Shown here piece after piece: positions 40,101 to 54,290 of a stretch of 64,000 nt of DNA. The notes under the pieces were generated by a model. The model worked only from the letters and a program-made list of their open reading frames with translations, did not search any database and was not told the DNA's origin. The stretch spans positions 48,484,001 through 48,548,000 of the forward strand of contig CM060732.1 of assembly GCA_030704615.1 (NCBI GenBank), given 5' to 3'. The stretch's first letter is position 1. The number at the start of each line of letters is the position of its first letter. The position numbers were made by a program, and so were the translations under genes. The DNA comes from Takakia lepidozioides. Lineage: Eukaryota > Plantae > Bryophyta.

Positions 40101-43100
40101 ATGAAGCTTTCACCACGAGAAGTCGATAAGCTTGCGCTGCATGGCGCGGGTATACTTGCCCAGAAGAGGCTGGCCCGTGGGCTTTGTCTCAACTACCCAG
40201 AATCAGTTGCCCTCATAGCCACACAGGCAGGTTAACATATCGTCTTACGGTTTTGGTTCTTAACTGTCCAGATTGCATTTTACTCGAGTCTTGTTTGCAG
40301 ACAGATCCGTAAGCTTGTTTTTAGCAGTAAGCTTTTTCTAGGTACTTGAAGGAGCTTCCTCTTTGACACCACTTCGCAGGTATTGGAGTTCATAAGGGAA
40401 GGGAAGTCAGTCGCAGAGCTTATGGATCTTGGCAAGCAACTGCTAGGCAGGTACATTTAGTCAATCTCTAATGAGTGAGTGTTGTTTCATAGGAGCTTTC
40501 CTTCGTAATGTTACACCCAGAAACGTACTGGGGGAAACATCGCATTTCTAATATTAGTTTTTGACCTTAGTTTGTAGGTTCTAGATCTGTCATGTCCAAT
40601 TCCAATTTCTTGTTGAATCCTCCTCCTGCTGTAAAATGGACTGAAGATATTTTCCTTTTATTCCTTTTTCCATTGCAAGTTCCACTTGACTGAAGAGGGG
40701 TTATGGACGTCTCTTGTGATATAAGCTGCTCAGGTGAGAGTGGTTCTGAGGTATCAGCTATGTGGGATGCAGGCGACAAGTGCTACCTGCTGTAGTTCAT
40801 CTTCTGGACATGGTGCAGGTGGTGTCCTCAGTCCGAAGTACGATCCCATTGCAGAGGATGAAGTTAAAGAGTGGTGGTTGTGTTTTTCCGTCAGTATGTT
40901 TAAAAGTCGAAGGATATCTTCTGTATGAACTATTACTGGTTAATGCTTGGAGGTTGGTAGCATCATACAGGTGAAGCATATGTTATACATGTATGGGTTG
41001 TCATTCACAACGCACTACGATAGAATAATGATTTCAATTGATATTTTTATTTTCAAGACAAGCAACCTTGTGATGATAGAGTGATGGTACACCAATTGTA
41101 GGTGGAGGGGACATTCAAAGATGGGACAAAGCTTGTGACTGTACACAACCCTATTGCCAGGGAGAATGGAGATTTGGCTTTGGCCCTGCATGGCTCCTTC
41201 CTGCCAGGTACACTTCTAGCTGTCTTGTTTCATGGGAACTCCAAAGCAGACCATTTTCTCTTCCTTCCCAAAACAATTGCTGCCCTTTGCTCAATGCAGC
41301 AACATCTCAGGGGACATGTAATCCTGGTGGTTGCAGTACCACCCTTAGGGGCATTCCCTTTATTGGTTGAAGAAAACGAGCCAGGGAGAGTGATTGTGGC
41401 TTCTGGGGAGATTATAATCAACGAAGGTCGGAGAGCTGTGGTGCTCAGTGTCAGCAACCAAGCAGATCGACCTATCCAGGTGTCCATATCACTGCTCAAT
41501 GCGTATCACTTGTGGAACAATCGTTTAGAAAGTGATGTCTTTCCCATGTGCTCAAGGAACAACATCATCCTAGAAGAACCTAGTCATACCTTGGAAACAG
41601 TGCTGTAGGTCCTTATTTTGCAGATGTAGTGTGGAGCACTGCATGAAGAGTTTGGCTACCCACAGCCACATAGATCAACAGGAGGGAAAGAGGAAACCCA
41701 CCTGTGTCTTCCTTCTAGGTGTTAAGTCCAATGCAGGGTGTGCTAAACTTTGTTTTTTCGCCCAATGCAGAGGTAAAATTGAGCAGTCTGCCATCTATTA
41801 ACAGTACTATGGATGAGTGAAGGTCTTCCATAATAATATATGATGTAGAAGCCTCCCATTCTCAAGGCATCTATATTCTGATTCTAATGTATGAAGAGTA
41901 TGGGGTATGTTCAAGGGTGGATCGGAGATGGATGTGCTTAAGTAAAGTGTGACATTGCCATCTGATAATTGCAGGTGGGCAGTCACTATCACTTCATCGA
42001 GAGCAACCCTTACCTTGTGTTCGACCGGGAGAAAGCTTATGGCATGCGTCTCAATATTATTGCTGGTACAGCTGTGCGATTTGAGGTTTGGCCCCTTCCT
42101 TGTCTACTGTAATTGAGGTCTGGTACAACATACTAGACGGAAAGACAATTGTCACATAAAGAGCAAGGACTGATGCTTTCCCTCCTAGTTACGTTGAAGT
42201 TGTTATTGAGCAAGATGTGCCACATGTACAAATGAGGCTTAACTGGAGAAGATAGCTAGTGAAGTGGATCACTAACGAAAAGATTATCTATCTATCTCCG
42301 GAGCCTTAGAGATGTTACACCTTGGGAAAAGAGAAAATGAGGTAGCAGTCCATTGGGGTGGCTGTGATGGTCTCTGCTTGGGTGGGAGGCACAACATGAC
42401 TTCTGTAGGGTTGGGTTATGTGATTGTAGCCAGGTGAGACCAAGACTGTTACTCTCATTAGTATTGGAGGGAGGAAGGTCATCCGTGGAGGGAATGGTGT
42501 GGCCGAAGGTCCGGTGGATCCATCTCAGCTTCCACAAGTTTTAGGTGTTCTTGGCATCAACAAATTCGGCCATGCACCACAGCTCAATGCATTGTATGTC
42601 ATATAGCTCTCATGTCTGCAGCAAATTGTCAATGTATCTGTGAGGCAGAAGTGGGATGGTTTGGATTGACAGACAAATTGGTTGCTTTGAAGTCAGCTTA
42701 TTCTGAGAACTGAAGGGGCCATAGGGGCACTGCTGAGGGTGTCGTATGCCATGGGATGGGGACAGCACGGGCATCAGTGGGGAGGATGAGAGGGTCACGT
42801 GCAAGGTTGGAAGGGAGCATTATGAACACCTGTTTGGACCTACCATGGGAGACAGGGTGAAGCTTGGGGACACTGACTTGTATGCGCAAGTGGAGCACGA
42901 TTATACAGTCTATGGTGATGAATGTAAGTTTGGTGGGGGTAAGGTTCTGCGGGATGGCATGGGTCAAGCAAGTGGGTATGCAGCCAAAGAGACTTTGGAC
43001 ACCGTTATCACTAATGCATTGGTGGTGGACTACACTGGCATCTACAAGGCTGACATTGGGATCAAGGCTGGTCTGATTGCTGGACTTGGAAAAGCAGGCA

Positions 43101-46100
43101 ATCCTGATGTCATGGATGGTGTTTCTTTGAATTTGATTGTTGGTGTAAGTGTTATTTCCCTCCAACTCTCAGGCATGCTGCACAGCTTGAGTTTCATCTT
43201 TATCTATGAATTTGTCAGGGGGAAAGATTTAGGTGGCACGAGCAATCCATTTAACAGTCTATGTATGTTAGTCCATAAGTTGAAGTTGAGTTTGTTTTTA
43301 TCTTATGCTAGGTGAACACAGAAGTAATAGCAGCAGAAGGTTTGATCGTCACGGCTGGAGGTGTGGATACTCATATCCACTTCATATGTCCTCAACTTGC
43401 TGCAGAGGCAATAGCAAGTGGTAACTCCTCTTTGTCCTTTCTAATTTCTTTCTCACCATTCTACTCTCTTGCAACCAGTGTGGTGTCTGTGGCCACAAGC
43501 TTTTGACAAACACACTCTCCTCCAGAAATGGGTTGTTCTACTTTATCCCATGTGCCCTTGGGGACCCTGTGGACCTTAGAATGTACCGTTCTTTCATTCT
43601 TTGTCTACACAGATGTGCACATGTGCTTTTCCTTCTGCTGTGTCCTTCAGTCTGAAAAGGATAGACCTTTTGAGAGGCTCAGGTTACAAGGCCACAGAGG
43701 AAGCCCTGAAACAATCTTCTTGTCAGCCATCTTTGATTGGTCACTAAGTTATTCAAAGATCCTCCCGCTGAATTTGAGGTTCAAATCCAGCACTAGCTCG
43801 CCAGCTCTGCACCATGTGCACTCCCTGTTTTTCAAAAAGAGTATTCGTTCAGACTTAAGGTTGAGGATAAGATCCACTGTTAATGCTCTCCAGTGGGTAA
43901 TCTGTTGAGGAAGAGACCATGTACGTATATTCGGAAAAACTGCTTCTGTAGCCTCATAATAATGCCTAAACAGGGGATAAGTACTGGCCAATTGGTGCAT
44001 TGGTTTTGGATAGCACTAACTGCATTTCCAGAGGAATCTCCACTACCGTTTGTGAATTATAGATACAGCAGAAACCCCTGTCCTGCTTCAATCTCATCAG
44101 TTCCCTCCTTGTCCCCTCTCTGTGCCCAAACAGGGCTTCGCACTTGGGGCCATGTGGCTATGGGAAGTCAATATATTCTCTCCCTCACACACATTTGGAA
44201 TCTGCTTCCAAGGCTGAGGTCTACATCCCCGCTCCTATGTTGACGAATCTATTGCTGTAAAAAACCTACTACACAGATTAGTCCTGAATCCCAGTTGATG
44301 GTGGCAGGTACAACAACATTAGTAGGGGGAGGAACAGGGCCAGCAGCTGGCACCTGTGCGACTACCTGCACTCCTGCTCCGGATCACATGCGGCTTATGC
44401 TGCGTGCAACTGACCAGCTACCCGTCAACATAGGTTTCACTGGCAAGGTAGTCCATTGAAACTGGAGGTGTTTTTTGCTTTGAAGAAGTGAGTGTGAAGT
44501 GTAATACCCTTGTACGCCGTTTGTGAGTGAGGCACCTTTTAGTAAAATCAATTGTGCCTCCAGTCCCATCATTGGGGCATGCTGATTTCTTGTTTTGTGT
44601 CTGCAGGGGAACACATCCAATCCTGAAGGTCTGGAGGAAATCATAAGGGCAGGGGCCATTGGGTTGAAACTTCATGAAGACTGGGGCACTACACCTTCTG
44701 CCATCCGTAACTGCCTCAATGTCGCTGATGAGTTCGATGTGCAGGTTGCTGTCTCCCTTGGTTGGATCTTATATGTGTTCAGGAAAACTCCTTGTGCTTG
44801 TTTGTCTGCCTTATCGTTGTCAAATATTGCCGTGTTGGATTTTTCTGCTAGTTTCTCATGATGCGATAGTCTGCATACTACCGGGATTCCTCAGTTGTGT
44901 TTATTAGCCCTACCCCAACAGGGTACAAAATGCCTTTATTTGCTGAAGGTAAGTTTGACTTTAGGTGAAACATCTTATGCACCAAGCTTTTGTTGTATGA
45001 GAAGCTTGTATAGTAACTTGTACCTACACATGACCTGGTTGCTTGCAAGTGGCTACAAAATCCTGTCCCAGCCTTTGAATAACTGGTTGGCATCAGAAGG
45101 CAAACATGCAGATGCTGTATTTTGACTGGTATTTTCAATGGCTGCATTTGCAGGTGACAATTCATACAGATACACTGAATGAATCTGGATGTATGGAGCA
45201 CTCCATTGCAGCTTTTGGAGGCCGTGCCATACACACATATCACAGGTCCCCAGCCACCCAAATGAGACTGATATCCAAGTTGGCTCATATGTAACAGACA
45301 AGCTATCTGATGTGATTAAGGCTCAATAATGTGTCTGCTGACTGGGTTACTGACAAATTTCTTGCCAAAGCCTACCACTTCCTGATTCAGGTAGCACATG
45401 TGAAGCATATCCAAATAGAAATGATACAAGAAGTATTGGTCATGTTTAGTCCAATAACTTCTAGGCTGTGTGTGTTTAACTTGCTCCAGTGCATGTATAA
45501 CTGTATCTTCCTAGAGTTTACAGATCTCCTTGAAAGTGCTCAGTTGCCCTATGTCAGCTTATATTTTTTTCAAAATATTGTCAACCACAGTGAGGGCGCA
45601 GGAGGAGGCCATGCACCAGATATTCTCAGAGTGTGTGGCCTGTCGAATGTTCTACCATCTTCTACCAATCCTACGAGACCATACACCATCAATACAATTG
45701 ATGAACATCTTGATATGTTGGTATGCAACATCCACTTACCTCTTACTTGGCATGATTTCCAACAGCCGTTGCATTCAGACATTGGTGGACATTAGGATGC
45801 ATACCAAAACTTTGGGAAAGCTGTCTTTATCATAGAATTGTGTTGAATTCAGGCAACCTGTTTTGCATGTTGCAAATTTGTCCAAGTACCTCAAATGGAG
45901 CTTCAGTGTGCAGTAACATGGGTTGGCCTAGATGGCCTGAGTTATTGCTGGATGGCCACACCCTCAACTGAGCCTATAAGGGAATCCCCAAGAAACATAG
46001 TACAGTCACTGTGTAGAGCGGGACTTGCATCTCTTCCAACTATTTCATTTGAGCAGTTCATAGCATTAGGCTCAGCTCTGGTGAGCCCTCTGTAAACACG

Positions 46101-48478
46101 CGCTGCTGTTCTAGGTAGAAGCCCTTGTCAAAGAGGAAACTCAGAGGAAACAGCCACTAGCACAGCAGAGCACCTTGTGTTTGCACAATGGTCTTCACCG
46201 GCTTTGCGAGGTACATCAGAGAAGGAGAAGAAGGAAGTTAATGTCCACCACCGTCCAAGAGAGTGAGAATGATGTTAATTGAGTGGAGAGTGTGAAGAGG
46301 AGGTTCAAACAGAACCACATGGAAGATATGGAGGAGGAAGAATTAGAACCTCGTCCGTGTATATTTCCCATTACAAACTGCACTCACAGTAGCTTTTGGA
46401 CATGGTGAATGCAAAAATTTGGATTGCATTCTTCGAATTTATCAAGGAAGACACAAAATAGACAATTTTCCCAAAGACATCAAGGGCAGTTTCCCTAGTC
46501 AAGATTCTGACAGGCCTATGCAGTATTCTGTAGATGTGGTGAAAGAAGCAGGCAGTCATGATTGAGGGAGTGAGACAGTCGAGTATGGTTCAAGTAAGAG
46601 TCGTTTGTGCAGATGGTGTGCCATCATCTGAACAAAAATATTGCAGAGGATGTGGCCTTTGCCGAATCTCGAATCCGGGGGGAAACAATAGCTGCAGAGG
46701 ACATCCTACATGATATGGGAGCCATAAGCATGATGTCATCTGACTCTCAAGCCATGGGTCGAATTGGCGAGGTTATTCTAACATTCCCCACATCAAGTGG
46801 TGCTTATATGGAGATTATAAATTGATCAATAGCTGTTGTCACTTCTGCATAGACGATGGTGTTTAGAGAACAGTGGAGAGACTACAAATTGGTGTCCAAT
46901 GTGAGTAATGTGGGCTGTTGGGATTATTCAGAGAAACATAGATGATGGGGCCTGCAAGCTGACACTGCCTGGTGGAGGTGGGGTCAGGTCATAACACGCA
47001 CCTGGCAGACAGCTCATAAAATGAAAGAGCAGAGAGGGCAGCTTTCAGAAGTGAGGGATGTGGAAAATGACAATTTGCGCATTCAGCGTTACATAGCTAA
47101 ATACACCATCAATCCCGCCATCACTCATGGATTTTCTCACTTGACTGGGTCTGTTGAGGTATGTACATTGTTAAAGCTGCAGCTTGTATGCCATCACATC
47201 TTCTGGATATAATAACATTGGGTGGCTGCCACGTTTCAACTCTTCCCAAGTCAGTGTCAAAGATGAGGTGGAGGTTGTCGTTGAGCTTTTAGTCAACTTC
47301 TTCTCAGAATAGTGAAAGCTATACCATACAGTGAGAGCTGCATGTACGTATGATGTTGCATGTGCAATATCCTGCACCAGTTTTATTTGTTTTGCGTTCA
47401 CTATATGCAGATGTGCAGTTGATGTATCATGGTGCTCTTCTTGGTCATTGTGGAAATTGTGTTCCAATTAACTGGCTGTAAGTTGACATGTTTCTATAAA
47501 AGCATCGTAGGATACACCGCACATGGATGGCTGCAGACGTTCAAATGTTCACTATGTATGTTGGCAGAAGGGGTTGCAGCAGTTGGATAGACGAGGCTGA
47601 TGCAAATGCATGATCGGTTGGCAGGTGGGGAAGTTGGCAGATCTCGTACTGTGGAAGCCTGCATTTTTTGGGGCAAAGCCAGAAATAGTGATCAAGGGTG
47701 GTGCAATTGCCTGGGCCCAGATGGGCGATGCAAATGCAAGCATCCCCACACCTGAACCGGTGGGTAGGGTTTTCCTCTAATATATGGATGCATAACTACT
47801 TAGAAGAATATAGATCTTTCTACAAGCTGACGGTCAGTGATGCACTGTTGAGGATCCCATTGTCCCAGAGGCAGTTACTTGTGAAAGCAGCTAGCAATGC
47901 ATCCTCTTTGTTGGAGATTTACGGTGTATGTGCCTAGGGGTTGTGATTGTGTTAGCCGAGGAAGCTCCAGTGCCACGGGTATTGGAAGGCGAAAGAATGA
48001 CATGATCTGCAGAAACTTGCGAGAAGGTAATATCTGCAATGAAGTTGAAATTCTGGTCATGTGATGGAACAGGTGTTAATGAGGCCTATGTTTGGGGCAT
48101 CTGGCAAGGCAGGGAGCTCTCATTCAATTGCCTTTGTCAGCAAGGTTCTCCCTCACCCTAGCACTGGTCATCAATGTGTTGATATCTTTGCGTAAAGGAG
48201 CTTTCTTGATTTGCAGAAACATTCATCAAGGGCATTTCTTGGGTGCATGAGGGTAGGCTGCACTGGAGGCAGGGGTGAAATCTGACTATGGACTAGACAA
48301 ACGGGTGGAAGCAGTGGAGCATGTGCGTGGCATCAGCAAGCTAGACATGAAGCTCAACTCAGCAACACCCATGATTGAGGTCGATCCTGAGTCATATCAT
48401 GTGACAGCTGATGGTGTCCCCCTGACCTGCCAACCTGCCGATAAACTCCCTCTAACCCAGAACTACTTTTTGTTTTGA
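40101..48478 (+). CDS. URE: Urease (plant single-chain gamma-beta-alpha), 18 exons
   Basis: [11 protein letters not shown] start, [95 protein letters not shown], ending QNYFLF*. Exons approx 40101-40226, 40380-40450, 40773-40818, 41102-41207, 41337-41479, 41975-42085, 42430-42593, 42766-43144, 43312-43420, 44308-44447, 44607-44744, 45154-45245, 45591-45720, 46613-46771, 46988-47158, 47625-47758, 48073-48144, 48257-48478. Confidence 0.98.
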
Positions 48479-49149
48479 AAATCATGAAGTGATTTGAGAT
48501 TTGGGTAGGTCAGTAGAAGATTAAGCAAGTTTGTGCTGATGAAGCACACATTCCCGCAACTAGACACAGAAATTTACTAGTGCTCAACTTCATTTATTCA
48601 GAGATATGTTTCAGTTAAATAATCATGCAACTCAATGGACCTATGCATAACAAAAAAGACGCAAGTTTGTAGCTTAGCATGGATACACAATTGTGCAATG
48701 AGGAAGAACTTCCAGATCTAGTAAGAGTGAAGGTAAACAAAGATGTCAACCTTTGGTGTTGATTTGTTTCATTGTACTAAACTCAAGTATTGGATTTTGT
48801 CATTACTTTGTACTACAGAGAATGTTCTTATGGTGTATAGCTTACGATGACGAAAAATAGATCTTTAAGAGTAATAGCAAGAACAAATACCTTACAAGTA
48901 TTGAGATATCTCCATACTTCTTTTTCTTTCTGTTTTGGGCAACTGAGTAAATGGTGTCCTGGTTAGAGGAGTGAGAGGAGTGTTCTACGTGCTATGCTGA
49001 GCACTTGTGAATCGGCCTGCCTAAACAAAACACAGCTTCAATACACTTCATAAAATCCCCAAGCGGCACTAAATCCAGTCTTGCTCAATCCAGTCTAATG
49101 AGTGCTGCGGCGGAGCGGTCCACCGGGTTTGAACTTGACCTGAAAGCTC

Positions 49150-49760
49150 TTATCTAACCTTTCCACCCTCCCAATCTTGAATCATCTTCTTCGTAGACAC
49201 ATTGAAAACCATTTTGAAAAGGTCATTAACCGATTTGAGAGAGTCCTCAAACACAGTTCGACCTTCACTATGCAACCTCAGCGATGCAGAGTGGGAGACG
49301 GTGGAGCTCATCGACGCCGACGTCTTCCTCAAACTCTGGAGTTTGAGCTCAGTACTCCCAACCTCTTTCACAACACCAAAAAGAATAAGAGAGATGTTGC
49401 CTCGACGAACCATATCCACCGGGGATCTCGGTCCACTCGACTTGAACCAATCAGATCGATCCTCAAAGCTTCGCTCCTCAAAGCTAAGTTGTGCCTTGCC
49501 ACACGCCTCATAAAAGGTGTCGAGCATAAAATCTGCAAACGCCCGAACCGTATTGGACATCCCTTGGTGCAAAAATAGATCTCCACATAGATCACCAAAT
49601 AGATCTCCAATGTCCTGGCGCTTCTCTAATGCTCCAACCTTTTAGTACAAGTCATTCTTGTCTCTCTCGGAAGCGTAAGCCGGGCCTTCAGCTCATTTAT
49701 AGCTGTGGCATTGGCTAGCTGAAGAGCCCCAAGGTTATCCTGACCCCGCATTAGTCTCCA
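49150..49760 (-). mobile_element. Possible LINE ORF1-like remnant
   Basis: Coiled-coil-like fragments upstream of RRGNISLILFGVVKE, which resembles the 'RR.N.II.G..E' ORF1 motif. Disrupted. Confidence 0.3.
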
Positions 49761-50061
49761 GATACAACGAAACTTGACTTGAAATCTCTGTTACGGGGTA
49801 TCCCAGGGGCCGCATCAAAAACGGCCAATCTTCATCAAAGTATCTCTGCACAGTCAAAGAATCAACCCCTCAGAAGATCTGGTTTTACCTCATCCGTTTC
49901 CTCTTCGCCTTCGAGCCACTTGGAGGGTCAAACCCAAACTTGACCTTGGAGCGGCATCCAAAAATAAGTATCTAAGGTTTTAGAGACTCTTTTTCAAAAG
50001 AGCCAAGGGTGCATTGAAGCTTGAAAGAAAACAGCACATCAGCTTGAAAGAAAACAGCACA

Positions 50062-50130
50062 TCAGCTGGGAGCTCAGCTGGTAAGTGCACAGTCGCCCTG
50101 GTGGTTCGGGGGTCAAACCCGCTGCCCTGC
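50062..50130 (+). other. tRNA-derived (SINE-like) head
   Basis: A-box-like GAGCTCAGCTGGTA and B-box-like GGGTCAAACCC at tRNA-like spacing; no convincing cloverleaf. Confidence 0.35.
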
Positions 50131-50256
50131 CTGGTGTGTGGATCGTTCGTGACCGGTTGGTCTGCTGGTGACGTTTTCACCTGTGTGCCTAATGGCTTAT
50201 CTGAAAGGGGGTTAATTTTTCCCCCTCCTCAAGGGCCTGAATTGTGAGCAGTCGCT

Positions 50257-50433
50257 CCCAGGTTTCCTTTATAAAAAAATAATAATAATAAAACAGTTTT
50301 TGAAAAAAACAGAAACAAACTACCCAAAAAAGAAAACACAAGAAAAGAAGTGTCACGCCCAGGTTTCCTTTATAATTAAAAAATAATTAAAAAAACAGAA
50401 CCCAAAAAAAAAACACAAGAAAAGAAGTGTCAC
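50257..50433 (+). repeat. A-rich tandem duplication at the border of the transposon complex
   Basis: CCCAGGTTTCCTTTATAA...CACAAGAAAAGAAGTGTCACG occurs twice. Confidence 0.75.
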
Positions 50434-52093
50434 GGGGAAGTTCCCCCCCCCCAATAAGGCCTCTTATTTTTGAATAATTGGGAGTTTATGTCGCGCGTGT
50501 GGGACAGGGCGCGCACGCCCGCACGGACGCGGGGTCGCCCTCCCCTTGCCCCGCCCACCCCCACCTGCCAGCCGCGCAGCGCGGTCGGCAGCCCCGCAGC
50601 CGCCCCCAGACCGCGGCCCCCGCCCGCCCGCCCTCGCCGCTGGGTCCGCCCGCCATCGGGTTCCCAGTGGGTCTGCCCGGGTTGGGGTCTGCCCAAGCTC
50701 GGTCTGCCCGCTGCTGGCGCATGTCGTCCGGCAGACCACCCCAGACCGGCACAGCAGACCCAGACCTACGTGGCGCGCATCTGCCCGTCCAGATCCGGTT
50801 TTATCCAGACCGTCCGGATTTAGGGCATGCCATGGCACTCGCCGATCTCCTCAGACCCCCTTTGCTCTTTTTTTTTTTTCTCTGTTGCCGGTGTTGCTTG
50901 CTGTTGTTTGTTGTTTGACTGTTTAGAACCAACAAACTCGCCAGTTGTGAAGAATCCCTTTGCATGACTCCATAGACTCTCTGGCAACGTCGGAGTCCAT
51001 TGTTTCAAGCCACAACCTCTTTTGTTCATATGCTTCTACTATTTTTGCCTTTCGCCTATTCGTGGGACTGTTTGAGCGCGGAGAAGTGAGTTACATTGAG
51101 TTTACAGTGCAGACTTGAATGGAAGTATTTAGGTCTTTGCTAACAAATACGACTCATTTTAGCGGACAACAATTGAGAATCGGCCTTTCCCTTGTCCTCC
51201 ATATAGTATGTGTGGAATGGCATTGCAAAAATAGCGGAAGCATAGGTGCATGGCTAGCTGTATAAAATTCCGATTTCCTCCCGAGTTCCGTCTCTTGGAT
51301 GTTGTTTGCAGGTGGACCCATCGATGCAGGACGAAATGGGCATGTGTGGCGGAATTTTTTGTGCAACGAACGAGTGGACCTTCCAAGTGTTACCATGACA
51401 GTGCGGGGATGCAGAGACCCAGCCGGGGGACCATTGAAATGGTGAAACGGGTGGGAACACACTGCAGACAGAGGGCAGACCAGATGGGCAGAGCAGGAGA
51501 AGAGAAGAGTGCACCATGCCAGTCCAGACGAGAAGACCGAACCAACAGACCAGCCTGGAGAACTCTGGTCAGACCCTGACGACAGACCGAGTGCATACAA
51601 TCTTTGCCGCACGAATGCGACAGACCAGTGTCACAGACCCTTTTGGCAGACCCTTTTGGCGGAAGGACTTAGGGCAGACCATGGAAGTCCTTGGCGGCGG
51701 CCATTATTGTGCCGCCGGGACGTTTGATGTTTCGACGGCAGTCCAATGGCCGACGTGCATGGCCTCGGCGGTCGCACGCGTGCTCCTGTCACGCTTAGCA
51801 GTGAGCCGTTACGTTGGGGTCCTCGCCTCTTCCTCCTCTTGCGTCTTTCGCGTCTCTCCACTTTGCGACTGCACGCCGTGTTGCGCTTCGCGGTTTCTGC
51901 CTCTTCAACTCGACAATTCGTTTGTAGCACCCGCCTGCTCTTCAAAGGCCGCGTGCCCGTCGTTGCTGAAGTGCAAAGGTATCAACTTCACCAGACTTCT
52001 TCACCGCCAGACCTTCATTTCCTTTTTTGCTTGCTCTTCTTCATTTGCATTTAGCAGACCGTCTCTGACACAATTCCTCCTTAGGTTGTAGCC

Positions 52094-54290
52094 ATGGAAG
52101 AAGCTTGCCCAAAGGGCGGAGCCGATTGGGTGGAATATGTACATGCCCCTTGCCACAAAGCCAAGAGAAGGTACTGGTATGAGCCAAGTGAGTACGATGC
52201 TAAAATAGTTGAAGCATTTTTGGACTTGCGCGTAGCGAAGGAGAAAGAGAACTGGCCAAAGGATCGGTTTCAGTGCCCCTTTTGCCCCAATATTGTCAAG
52301 GACAAAGAGACTCTAAACTGCCATGCCCTTGATGGAGGATGCAAAGGTATGGTCCCTAAGAACTTCAAGCCTTGGCCCAAGCCAAGTTCGTCTAAGGCCG
52401 CAAAGGAAATCACTGCAAAGTGTAGGGGTGCGCATGCCGTCGCTCGGTCTACTGAGGAAGTGCGGCAACGTTATTACACTGAAACCGGCCTGCTAGGCCC
52501 CGGCCTCGTTGTGCTAGTGAAGAAAAGGAAGCTCAGTGATGGAGCTAAAAAAAATGTAGACCGCAAAAGTCACAGATCTGCCAGTACCAGTACTGGCAGA
52601 CCACGGATATGAGAGTGAGTGGCAAAGAATTGCAACCAGGTCGGTCCCAGCAGACCACCACCAGCAGACCACAGGCTGTCGTTTCAACTTTGTCGTCCAG
52701 TGGGGATGACTTAAGTGAGGAAGACTCTCATGAAGAGGAGGATCATGTTCAGGACATGTCGACGGAGCGGCCGCGACTACTTGTGAGACCGTACTTGGTG
52801 AACGACCCCATTGGGTATGCCCCGCCGGTACATGACATAACCCTTGACTCGGACATCCCCATGGAGGAATCACACCCTCAAACATACCCACGAAGCCCAC
52901 CACATATCAGACCCAACAAGCAGACCAAGAAACAGCAGACCCTGACTGACGCTCATGGAGATGTAACGGGCACCCCTTGTCCGCCCTGGCACATTGTACC
53001 TGCTTCCCCATGGTCTTCTACCAGACCAGTACCCAGATGATCAGATCCGGACTTTTTCCCTTTTTTGTATGCTTACGTGAGATCAGGGCAGATACAGCAG
53101 ACCATTGACACAGCAGAGAAGAAGTGAGTGGAGGCACGATCACACCCAAGGGATGAAGACTACAACGGCCTCCAGGTACTTGAACCACTCTTTCTATGGT
53201 CTACTGTATTTGAGTGTTTCGATTTCCTGGTTGCAATTAGTGATATGTTATGCTGGGTGTTGTATGTGAGGTCTGCTGTTGTCGGTCTACTGTTCTGGGT
53301 CTGCTATTTTGTACATGGTATTGCATTACTTGTTCTGGCTATGGTCTGCTCTATAGGTCCAGAACCGTGCGTCTACTTTCCCCTGTTGCAAATCATGTGG
53401 TCTGCTGCGAACGGTCTACTATTTTGGGTCTGCTTTTCACAACATGGTACTGCAGTTGCTTTGAAATGCGCACTACTGTCGTGGATGTGGTCTGCTGCAT
53501 GGGTCCACGGCTATGGTCTACTACTATGCTCTACTGGTCTACTGATATGGCCTACTGGTGTATGGTCTACTGGTCTACTGTCAGGCCCAATTTTAACTGG
53601 TCTACTACTCTATGGTCTACTGGTCTAATATGAAGGCCAATTTTGCTGTTTGTTTTTTCAGGAGGCGAATGCGCAAGACAACCGAGTATACAGGGCTTTG
53701 CAAATGTGGAAGTACAGGTTGAATGGTCCTCCCTTGGAAAATACACTTGTCCGGAATGAGGTCCGTGATATTTGTGACTACATCCTCAGTCTGTATCCAC
53801 AGTCGGCTGATGCCATTGCATCAATTCAGGATGGTACCACTGGCCGCGTAGCAGGCCTCCCTCAGTCTGCTGTAAAGTTTTGAGAGCGCCGGTCAGACTA
53901 GCAGACCCGGCTCAGTGGACCTTTCTTCCGTGACCCGTCCTCCAGCGGACCTTCGTACCTCTTCAGCAGACCCGCAGCAGACCACATTGTGTGGTCGAAC
54001 TGATTTCCCATTTGGCAGACCATGGCGACCTCCACAGCGGTCTGCAACTGATGAGGAGGACCCCACTCTTCCGAAGTTTCGTTGTGGGGAAAGCAATCGG
54101 CATCTGGACTGGTACAATGAGCTTCACCGCATCGTCGTCTCCCGGTGGACCTTTGCTCCGCAGCACTCCTCAATGGAGTTCACGGCGGAGGAGGTCACCT
54201 ATGTTTTGGACAAAGCCCGTGAATATGGAGTGGCGCTTTCGGCAGATGAGACCGAGCCACCGCTTATCGCACAGCTCTTTCACATGCACG
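52094..54290 (+). pseudogene. TE accessory gene with an N-terminal Zn finger (FQCPFCP..H) followed by low-complexity regions; disrupted
   Basis: ORFs 52094-52612, 52609-53040, 53650-53883 and 53915 onward. Probable intron ~53176-53662 (CAG|GTAC...TTTCAG). Ends abruptly against the minus-strand gene. Confidence 0.45.

Noticed and set aside
40101-48478. Urease as a pseudogene or bacterial transfer
   Set aside because: All 18 exons splice in frame with the Ni ligands intact and a plant-type fused structure; a few R>C or T>M-like substitutions are not decisive.
50430-50926. Several overlapping ORFs
   Set aside because: Artefacts of very high GC content; low-complexity Arg/Pro/Gly translations in all frames.
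53128-53633. Multi-pass membrane protein ORFs
   Set aside because: Translation of the GGTCTACTG repeat array inside a probable intron.
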